Source: a virus (taxonomy: Duplodnaviria > Caudoviricetes). From it: a stretch of DNA of 43,531 bases. Below the pieces are notes generated by a model. That model did no database searches. It saw only the letters and a list, made by a program, of their open reading frames with translations, and was not told the origin of the DNA. Below are positions 36,760 through 43,531 of the stretch, piece by piece. The translations under genes and the position numbers were made by a program. The DNA is taken from IMG/VR virus record IMGVR_UViG_3300016474_000106, positions 1 through 43,531 of that record. One strand, given 5' to 3'. Each line of letters starts with the position of its first letter. Position 1 is the stretch's first letter.

Positions 36760-38505
36760 TCAGCTGTTGTCTGCAATGCTTTTCATGCTTGCAGCCTTGT
36801 CTGCAAAGTAAGCAATCTTCTCTTGCAATGTTATTCCCGGAATGATTGGCCGCTGTGCAGCACGCTCCATAGAGTTCATCTTGCCAGATGTATTGCCTTC
36901 ACAAACAATGTAAAGAGAATGCTTGGCCCGAGTCACGGCAGTATAAACAAGCTCTCTTGAGATCATAGTAGCATGGCTATCATGCAAGAACAAGAATACA
37001 CGCTGCCACTCAGAACCTTGAGATTTATGTATTGTGAGACAATAGCCAAGAAGCATGCTGTTGATTTCACCTGCGCTATTCAAGTCACGGGACTCATCAA
37101 GATCAGGGAAATAGACTGTGATTGTGTGACTAGCAAGATTCTTGCTTTCGTCATCATCTGAGCCACCGAGCGTATCAAGTACGTTGAGAATCTGGTCAGC
37201 AGTTAGTTCATTTGTTGGCGTGTCACTTTCAGGATCAAAGCCCCAGCGGTCCAGCGTAGCTGATTCAGTTCTTGGTAGCTTGCCAATGTATCCAACAGTG
37301 TTAGTGATCTTTGTAATGACTGCCTCATGACGATCAACAAGAACACGATCACCTACTGCCCAATAGCTTTTTGTGTATCGTGCAATGACTTCGTAAACAG
37401 TCTTGTTAGAATCTTTGGCCAGCTTGTCAGCAATGATCTTGTTGAGTTCAATAGTGCCAAATGACTTGTTGAATGGGCAGAGAATCATATCTTCTGCTGG
37501 ATCATATTGCTTGCTGTCAATCATCTTGTTGATGAAGTTACGCATGACAATGATGGCACTGTCCTTATCTATGCGCTTCTTCCAAGGATGCAGAGTCAGG
37601 TTGCCATGCTCTCCGCGATCATCTTTGATAGTTGTCAATAGCGAAGCTGGCACTTCATCAGATGCAGTGCGAATAGCTGTTGCAAGAGAGATGATGGGAG
37701 ATTCAAGTGCTTGCCGATAGACATGTGTCAATTCTACAGTGGCAAGCTCTGCAAGCTTGAAGCCAAGAATACTAGGGCCAAAGACAGGAGGAATCTGATT
37801 CAAGTCTCCCAAGAATATGAATTGCGTGGCACTTGGCCGCGGCAGCGCATCAAGCACTTGACTGTAAAGGTCAGTGCCAATCATGCTGCTTTCTTCAAAG
37901 ATGATTGTTGAGATGTGAGGCAATGGGTTGCCAGCAAAGCGACTAGGCTCAAAGCGCATTGTGGTTTTCATCTGGCCTTCATCATCAATGATTTCATAAT
38001 ACGTTGGTGCGTATTCCAGCAGCTTGTGAATAGTGATGCAATGAGATTGCAAGTTTTCAGGCAGACGCTTGCGTATGTTGTTTACTGCTTTATTGGTGAA
38101 GCCACAAATGACAATGCCTGGCGCGCCTTGATTCAAATGTTTAGTAGAGTCTGCAAGGGGCCTCATATGTGCAGCACGCTGCAAGCGAGCAATGAGTTCT
38201 TGAGTAACTGTTGTTTTGCCCGTACCGGCAGCACCAATCAAGCAGAATGATTTGCCTTGTAAGCCAAGCTCTATTGCAGCAAGCTGCTGCTCATTGAACT
38301 GCATTCCACGGCTTGTTTGTGCATGTTTGTCAGTATTTGACAAGACAGTATTGACTGCACTGACAACATTAGTTGGCTTGAAATTTGCAGGCTCTGTTGT
38401 ATCTGCGCCGGCGGGGACTGCCGTAGTTTGCTGCTGTTTAGCAGCCAGCATAGCTGCGTGCTTGGCGCGCGCTGCTTCTACAAGAGCAAGAAGATGTGGG
38501 TTCAT
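36760..38505 (-). CDS. RecD/Dda-like SF1B DNA helicase
   Basis: GAAGTGKTT, FTNKAV, TIHKLL, EESSM, GDLNQIPPV, YRQ, TIHKSQGSE, YTAVTRAK. Confidence 0.92.
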   Translation of the reverse strand: MNPHLLALVEAARAKHAAMLAAKQQQTTAVPAGADTTEPANFKPTNVVSAVNTVLSNTDKHAQTSRGMQFNEQQLAAIELGLQGKSFCLIGAAGTGKTTVTQELIARLQRAAHMRPLADSTKHLNQGAPGIVICGFTNKAVNNIRKRLPENLQSHCITIHKLLEYAPTYYEIIDDEGQMKTTMRFEPSRFAGNPLPHISTIIFEESSMIGTDLYSQVLDALPRPSATQFIFLGDLNQIPPVFGPSILGFKLAELATVELTHVYRQALESPIISLATAIRTASDEVPASLLTTIKDDRGEHGNLTLHPWKKRIDKDSAIIVMRNFINKMIDSKQYDPAEDMILCPFNKSFGTIELNKIIADKLAKDSNKTVYEVIARYTKSYWAVGDRVLVDRHEAVITKITNTVGYIGKLPRTESATLDRWGFDPESDTPTNELTADQILNVLDTLGGSDDDESKNLASHTITVYFPDLDESRDLNSAGEINSMLLGYCLTIHKSQGSEWQRVFLFLHDSHATMISRELVYTAVTRAKHSLYIVCEGNTSGKMNSMERAAQRPIIPGITLQEKIAYFADKAASMKSIADNS

Positions 38506-38572
38506 GATAGTTGCCTATGAAAAGAGGCCAGGGCCAAAGGCCACCAGCCATGAAGGTTAATAGATGGAAATT

Positions 38573-39196
38573 TTAGTATGTCTTGGCAAAGCCGCCAGCC
38601 TTAGCATCCATGAGTTCTTCACGAAGAAGAAACCACATTGGTTTCATTCGTTTTTTCCAAGTAGCGAAGCTACGCTTGTCACGCACATAGTAGTCTCTGT
38701 AAATGTCTAGCGCGTTAGCGTGATCTGTTGCTATTGTGCGCTTGTTAGCATCCTTGACTGCTACTGCAAATTTGTCAGGCAGTGCATAGGAAGGACCAAA
38801 GCCGCTGCGTGTCAGATGATCTACAAGCGTAACAAGCCATGCCATGTAAGCATGCTCTGCGCTAAGTGGATAGCGGTATTGGTGTTCATGACAAAGCTGC
38901 AATGCCAGGCACGCAAGATAGTTTGTGTTGATGATGCTTGCACATGCCCATTGCGTGCAGGGATGCTTTGTCATGCTTGCAGACAGTGGCTTGCAAGGCA
39001 AGGTATTTGCAATCTGCGGTGCAGCGGCCAGCTTGCCAATCATGCTGTCATAGTTAGCATGGAAGCTGAGAGATGTTACAAGCATCTGAACAGACTCAGC
39101 TATCATTTTCACAACGTGACGATCTATGTGGTATTGCGCTTGTTGAGCATAATGCACAAGCGGCTCGCGTTCCTCAGACAAGATAAAGATGTTCAT
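38573..39196 (-). CDS. Pyrimidine-dimer DNA glycosylase / endonuclease V-like protein
   Basis: MNIF.L...H.D.HVVKM..E..QML, HPCT.W, EH..RY, YR.YY...K..FA.W motifs. Confidence 0.78.
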   Translation of the reverse strand: MNIFILSEEREPLVHYAQQAQYHIDRHVVKMIAESVQMLVTSLSFHANYDSMIGKLAAAPQIANTLPCKPLSASMTKHPCTQWACASIINTNYLACLALQLCHEHQYRYPLSAEHAYMAWLVTLVDHLTRSGFGPSYALPDKFAVAVKDANKRTIATDHANALDIYRDYYVRDKRSFATWKKRMKPMWFLLREELMDAKAGGFAKTY

Positions 39197-39223
39197 AACA
39201 TGGACTCCAGAGTTGACAGATAG

Positions 39224-39251
39224 AAAAACAGGTGGACATGGCGCCCACCTG
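39224..39251 (-). terminator. Intrinsic terminator
   Basis: Minus strand CAGGTGG-gcgccatgt-CCACCTG-TTTTT. Confidence 0.65.
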
Positions 39252-39257
39252 AGATAT

Positions 39258-39292
39258 ATTATGACATAGGAACTATTGATTATGACATGGGA
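39258..39292. repeat. 14-bp direct repeat with 21-bp period
   Basis: ATTATGACATAGGA (39258-39271) and ATTATGACATGGGA (39279-39292). Confidence 0.75.
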
Positions 39293-39296
39293 GTTT

Positions 39297-39578
39297 TTAT
39301 AATCTTTTGCTTGTACTATTTACTCGTTTAACTTGAGCTATCATAATACTCATTGCTTTAAGTGCTTCTGCCTTAGCTTGTTCATACGCTGGGAAGTTTA
39401 GCTTGAATTGGGGTGCAGACTTAGCACTCCACACACCATTAGGCCACTCATACTCTATATAAAACTTTCTCGATTCTGTGCAGCGTCGTACATACATAAC
39501 AAGATAATGATTGTCAACGCTTGTATCTTTATACCATAGATCATCGAGCGGATGCAGGACATGCTCACTCAGCTTCAT
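39297..39578 (-). CDS. Hypothetical early protein
   Basis: 93 aa; GGAG RBS; AT-rich. Confidence 0.65.
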   Translation of the reverse strand: MKLSEHVLHPLDDLWYKDTSVDNHYLVMYVRRCTESRKFYIEYEWPNGVWSAKSAPQFKLNFPAYEQAKAEALKAMSIMIAQVKRVNSTSKRL

Positions 39579-39951
39579 TGTTATCTCCATTCAGCGTATC
39601 AAGATATAGTTTTACAAATTTGGCCGGTATGGTGACAATCTTACCTTCCTCATTAAATGTCTGATATTCTTTATCTGACCTCAGCTTGGACAATGGTGCA
39701 TCTTGCAGAAGAAAGAAGTATTTCTCTTTATCTGCTTCTAGTCTTTGATCTTCTATCTTTTGCTTTTGTGCTACGTAGTCTTGCAATCTTCCATATTGAT
39801 ACTGCGTGATTGCTTGAATAGCATCATCCAGTGTTAAGAACGTGCCAAGACTTTGGCGCTTACCAAATTTGCTTGTGCGTACACGATAACGAATAGCTCC
39901 ATTGATGATGACAGCAGATATGCCACGAGGAAGATTGGTTGGTAGTTCCAT
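39565..39951 (-). CDS. AP2-like DNA-binding domain protein
   Basis: LPRGI.......YRVR....GKR.SLGTF.T.DDA..A N-terminus; GGAG RBS before MELPT. Confidence 0.65.
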   Translation of the reverse strand: MELPTNLPRGISAVIINGAIRYRVRTSKFGKRQSLGTFLTLDDAIQAITQYQYGRLQDYVAQKQKIEDQRLEADKEKYFFLLQDAPLSKLRSDKEYQTFNEEGKIVTIPAKFVKLYLDTLNGDNNEAE

Positions 39952-39979
39952 GTTTACTCCATTGAATTGTGGAATGGGT

Positions 39980-40008
39980 ATATTATATGAGTGGGGACTA
40001 TATGTCAA
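39980..40008 (-). promoter_or_regulatory. Probable sigma70 promoter driving the - arm
   Basis: Minus strand TTGACA followed by TATAAT at 15 bp or TAATAT at 17 bp. Confidence 0.55.
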
Positions 40009-40017
40009 GGGGGTATC

Positions 40018-40460
40018 AAGTGGCATAAATAAGTCAATTGTTTAGGCTTGATGTTTATAGGCTTTGTAGATAAGTGGCAAAAACGGCATGGCAAAAGTGC
40101 CATAGGGGCATAGAGGGGGCCTCCCATGGCCCGAGGGGCCGGGGTGGAGAATAGAGTAGACAACTAGACTGTGGCGAAGCCAGTAAACAGGAAGGCTGCG
40201 AAGCAGAGTTGCAGACAGCGCGGAGCGCTGGTCTTTGGTTTGTATAGGGGGTGTTTAATTTTTATATAAAAAACATATATACCCTATTATCTATATCTAT
40301 CTATATCTATCTACTTATCTACTATTGTGTGTATGTGTATTGTTATCTACTAGTGTGTGCGGATATAGCCCCATGTCGGGGAGGGGGGGTCTGGGACAGT
40401 GTGGCGTTTTTGCCATGGCAGTTTTGCCACTTGTTTATTGCCACTACTGCCACTTGTTTA
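40018..40460. repeat. Origin-like non-coding locus: 36-bp imperfect inverted repeats with TGGCA motifs flanking hairpins and an AT-rich core
   Basis: 40067-40102 vs reverse complement of 40402-40437 match 29/36 by hand; AT-rich/TATC tract at ~40254-40350. Confidence 0.7.
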
Positions 40461-40658
40461 GCAATGCAATGCAAACTGTGTTAAGTTTTCTTAGCTATCC
40501 AGTAGAAATTGACGCTTTCAAACTGACAAGAAATACATTTGTCAAATCAACCAATAAAAACTTGCAATAAATTTCAGGCATTGTCAGTAAACTGTAAGGC
40601 AATCGGCTAGAATTGAGCTTGTCAGGATGTTCTGACGTCATCAATATAGAGGTCTGCC

Positions 40659-41270
40659 ATGATTGAACTTTCTATCTTCACCAGCGCCGATGCTGCTGCC
40701 CTTTGCGCCACTGCTTCGCAACGCACCATTCTTGCGCGCTTTCGCAATCCTTCCCGCACCTTTGCTGTAAATATCAGCAATGATGCCTGGCAGCGCATTG
40801 CGCACATTGACGCCACCTACCGACCACTGCTTGAAGCAGTCCTCTACAGCGCCGCTCAGGCCATTCTGGCGCGCTTCATCAATAATGCTGGCGTGACGCT
40901 ATCTGCTATCCCTGCCCAGCTCCTTAGCAATGATGCCATCCTTGAGGAGGCCAACGGGAACAACAGCGAGTGGCTCACGAAAGACGAACTCACTGAGGCA
41001 TGGAAGGCAAGCGCCACGCGTGCTGCCATCTACAACCAGAGCCGCTATGCAAATGAGCCAGCCTATCGTCGGGCCTTCACGCGCTTTGAAGAAATGATCC
41101 TCAAGCTGGCAGGTAAGACAAGCACCTACGAAGAAAAAGAGCTTGACACCATGCTGGCAAAGCTTGCCGATGCCGATCTGGGCACTGCTTTCGGAATGTT
41201 CGTTGTTAGGCGCATTGAGGCGCTGCGCAACAAGCCAGTCAAAGCAGAGATTGATCTCGATGTCCTTTGA
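40659..41270 (+). CDS. Hypothetical helical protein (203 aa), monocistronic
   Basis: GAGG RBS, GC-rich codons, own terminator. Confidence 0.85.
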   Translation: MIELSIFTSADAAALCATASQRTILARFRNPSRTFAVNISNDAWQRIAHIDATYRPLLEAVLYSAAQAILARFINNAGVTLSAIPAQLLSNDAILEEANGNNSEWLTKDELTEAWKASATRAAIYNQSRYANEPAYRRAFTRFEEMILKLAGKTSTYEEKELDTMLAKLADADLGTAFGMFVVRRIEALRNKPVKAEIDLDVL

Positions 41271-41292
41271 TGCTTTGATGCTTTGATCTCTG

Positions 41293-41314
41293 GCCCGCTT
41301 CGGCGGGCTTTTTT
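41293..41314 (+). terminator. Intrinsic terminator with UUCG loop
   Basis: GCCCGC-TTCG-GCGGGC-TTTTTT. Confidence 0.9.
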
Positions 41315-41329
41315 GCGTCCAGGTTATTG

Positions 41330-41389
41330 AATGGAGATGAGAATGATTTGTGCTTATGCTGCCGAAGGCAATGGAGATGAGAATGATTT
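41330..41389. repeat. Perfect 20-bp direct repeat with 40-bp period
   Basis: AATGGAGATGAGAATGATTT at 41330-41349 and 41370-41389. Confidence 0.9.
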
Positions 41390-41551
41390 CGATTCCGCTA
41401 CGCGGGGGGTGGGGGCTTTTTTGAGCGCGTGGTGATCTTTTTATCCTATGACCTTCAAAGAAATTTTCTAAAATTTTCAGAAGCAAGGATTACAAACTAG
41501 TAACTGGCATACTTCTGCTTCATACTACTAACAACTTAACCGGAGCAATCT

Positions 41552-42085
41552 ATGCCAATGAACATTGATGCACTCACCAATCGCAAAGAATCGGATGTTT
41601 ACAAACTTCTGGGCGCTGTTCTTCAGGCGCGCTACCCGGAGCTGGTTTCCAGTAGTGGAATTCCAGTAAACATCTCAGACGTGTCTGAGCCTAAGTATGG
41701 CGGAATCTTTAAAAAGACTATAGAGCTTCCGCGGCAGCTTACAAACGAGCAACTATCAAATGACGTGCTTGCTGCGGCACTCAACAGTGTTTTACATGAG
41801 TACAAACATGGAAAAGATGCAGCTGTAGGGAGTCCAGGAAAAGCGCTGCTCAAGACCATGGCGCCGCAGCGACAAATGGAATTAGAAACAAAACTTACAG
41901 AGTCTAATCTGCCATCTACAAATATGGTGCGAGGGGCTGCACAGGTGGATGAAGCTCTAGCTACTAAATTTGCAAATGAGATGCTTGGGCGCATGACTGG
42001 ATTAAGCTACTACGGCTCTAGGCAAGATGCGACAGCCTTACAAGAGCTGACTAAGCTGTTTCCAGAGTTAGGAGCAACAAAATGA
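41552..42085 (+). CDS. Putative zincin-like metallopeptidase
   Basis: VLHEYKH (HExxH) plus downstream DEALA; GGAG RBS. Confidence 0.55.
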   Translation: MPMNIDALTNRKESDVYKLLGAVLQARYPELVSSSGIPVNISDVSEPKYGGIFKKTIELPRQLTNEQLSNDVLAAALNSVLHEYKHGKDAAVGSPGKALLKTMAPQRQMELETKLTESNLPSTNMVRGAAQVDEALATKFANEMLGRMTGLSYYGSRQDATALQELTKLFPELGATK

Positions 42086-42684
42086 CACCAAAAGAGCATG
42101 CCATCAATCTGCTTGCACAGGGCATACCTACATCTCAGGTGGCCGCAGCAGTAGGAGTTTCTGATTCTTACATCAGTCAGCTCAAGGCAGATGAAGAAGT
42201 GCAGCGCCAGATAGCTGAAAAGCAAGCGGCCCACAGTATTGCAGACAGCAATTTTGATGACACTCTTGAACGTGCCGAAGCAATGGCACTTGAAAAGATT
42301 GAGAAGAATCTGCCCTTTGCAAACATGGGCCAAGCACTCGCTGCATTTCGTATCCTAAACAGTGCTCGCCGTCGCAAAGATGAGTTTGTGCAAAAGGATA
42401 CTGCTGTCAGTGTTACGGTGAATTTGACACTACCTGCCAACAACATACCCAAGTATATTACTAATCAGGCCAATGAAATCATTGAAGTGGAGGGAAAGAC
42501 CATGATTAGTGCTAGCGCTAAAACACTGGATCAGATTCTTGCTGCCCGCAGCGGATCAGACCACAAACAACTGCCGCAGACCACAGCTGTAGAGAAGGCT
42601 GCACAGATGCTCGGAAGTTTGGCACCATTGCCGCGACGGCAAGCTATCAAGAGTCCACTGCCGCTCAGTGCAGACATCTTGTGA
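42082..42684 (+). CDS. N-terminal HTH protein, candidate terminase small subunit
   Basis: LLAQGIPTSQVAAAVGVSDSYISQL HTH, central helices, V.VNLTLP beta segment; upstream of terL on the circular map. Confidence 0.55.
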   Translation: MTPKEHAINLLAQGIPTSQVAAAVGVSDSYISQLKADEEVQRQIAEKQAAHSIADSNFDDTLERAEAMALEKIEKNLPFANMGQALAAFRILNSARRRKDEFVQKDTAVSVTVNLTLPANNIPKYITNQANEIIEVEGKTMISASAKTLDQILAARSGSDHKQLPQTTAVEKAAQMLGSLAPLPRRQAIKSPLPLSADIL

Positions 42685-42925
42685 AGCACGAAGGCCGTAG
42701 ACTGCGAACCTAAGGCCGCTGCTGTGTGCGTAGCGGAGCGACTGGCCTTGGCCCCATGGCGAAGCCACGAGGAAGCGCAGGGTTCCATGTCAAGTACGAA
42801 GCAAGAAAATACCGCAGCGAAGCGAGGATGATTTTCGCAGCTGAGAGCGCAGCGGTGCTTGATAGGGATTAGCGACGAAGTAAGCTAGACATGGCGGCAA
42901 AGCGCCAGAGCGTAGCGGAGCACGA
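42685..42925 (+). other. Structured non-coding element rich in GCGNAGC mini-hairpins
   Basis: GCGTAGCGGAGC at 42728 and 42910, TGGCGAAGCCA 42757, GCGAAGC 42817, GCGCAGC 42847, ACGAAGT 42875; nested pairings GAAAAT/ATTTTC and TCAAGTAC/GTGCTTGA. Confidence 0.65.
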
Positions 42926-42947
42926 TATAGAAAGGAAACCTATAAAC

Positions 42948-43223
42948 ATGGCAGATATATACAGTCCATGGATGGCAGCATCTGAAGAAGATGTCACAAC
43001 TATGGGACTTGCAACTCCTGAATACATGGAAATGTATGCAGAAGCACAGGCAGGCCCTGGAAGTGAAGCATCTGTTGAGATGGAAACTGAGCCAGAAGTC
43101 AAAGATCCAGAAATGGAGCAACAAGATGGAATGCACGAGGCTATGCAAATGGCACTGCAAACTATCAATCAGCAATCTAGTGTCATTCAAACTCTGATGG
43201 CACAACTTAAAGGAGAGCAATAA
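42948..43223 (+). CDS. Small acidic Met/Glu-rich protein
   Basis: GAAAGGA RBS before MADIY; TAATG coupling to the next gene. Confidence 0.7.
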   Translation: MADIYSPWMAASEEDVTTMGLATPEYMEMYAEAQAGPGSEASVEMETEPEVKDPEMEQQDGMHEAMQMALQTINQQSSVIQTLMAQLKGEQ

Positions 43224-43531
43224 TGAATGGCGGAGAAGCACTCAGTTATCAAATTCTTACTGACGTCACCACTACTGTAGCATCTGAAGCTATTAGCGTT
43301 GGTAGCAATAACAAAGCGTTTCAAGTCAAGGGATCTACAACTTCTGGCGCCGGCGCAGCAAGTGTAGTTATTGAAGTTAGCAATGATCCCATCTGGCCCT
43401 GGATCACACTTGCAACCATTAGTTTGACACTCGGTACTACTGAAACTAGTGATGGAGTTGTAATGCTTGCTGGCTGGAAATGGGTGCGCATCCGTGTGGC
43501 ATCTATCTCTGGCACTGGAGCAAAAGTCTCC
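43223..43531 (+). CDS. Small beta-sandwich virion-type protein; continues across the join into 1-18 (108 aa total)
   Basis: AAGGAG RBS; MNGGEALSYQ...IEVSND...W.WVRIRV.SISGTGAKVS+ASVGV stop; absent from ORF track because it is split. Confidence 0.8.
   Translation, partial: MNGGEALSYQILTDVTTTVASEAISVGSNNKAFQVKGSTTSGAGAASVVIEVSNDPIWPWITLATISLTLGTTETSDGVVMLAGWKWVRIRVASISGTGAKVS

Larger units (their letters stand above)
1..43531. mobile_element. Complete circularly permuted genome of a lytic tailed phage (podovirus-type gene set)
   Basis: TerL-portal-scaffold-MCP-tail-ejection genes on +, replication genes on -; ORF 43223-43531 (103 codons) reads in frame into 1-18 (GCA TCT GTG GGA GTT TAA); no host genes, integrase or repressor seen. 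Confidence 0.93.

Noticed and set aside
40251-40570. Two + strand ORFs in the origin-like region
   Set aside because: Translate low-complexity TATC/TG repeats; no RBS; more consistent with non-coding DNA
41330-41389. Mini-CRISPR array
   Set aside because: Only two 20-bp repeats with a 20-bp spacer, non-palindromic, and no cas operon (the Cas4-like gene sits in a recombination module)
1-43531. Alternative genetic code or tRNA genes
   Set aside because: Standard-code ORFs tile nearly the whole genome using all three stops; no cloverleaf with a T-loop consensus noticed in the gaps

Overview
The window looks like a complete, circularly permuted ~43.5 kb genome of a lytic, short-tailed (podovirus-type) dsDNA phage. 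The last ORF (43223-43531) continues in frame into bases 1-18. There are two arms. The + arm (40659 -> wrap -> 22643) carries a candidate small terminase, a mosaic carbohydrate-binding virion protein, TerL, portal, a clear Acb2 anti-CBASS sponge homologue, scaffold, major capsid, tail tubular/fibre proteins, an M15 endolysin, two holin candidates and large ejection proteins. The - arm (39951 -> 22696) carries a DenV-like glycosylase, RecD-like helicase, Cas4-like nuclease, Sak4-like ATPase, SSB candidate, DUF3310 kinase, family A DNA polymerase, DUF3987-type AAA+ helicase, MazG-like pyrophosphatase and three free-standing HNH endonucleases. I recognise no integrase, repressor, RNA polymerase, primase, spanin, tRNA or CRISPR array. 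Most notable: (i) a compact Acb2 inside the head operon; (ii) no visible primase, alongside two non-coding clusters of d(GNA)-triloop hairpins, one inside an inverted-repeat-flanked origin-like locus; (iii) His at the PolA '762' position; (iv) GC-mosaic, cassette-like receptor-binding genes. Product calls come from motif recognition by eye and memory; no searches were run.
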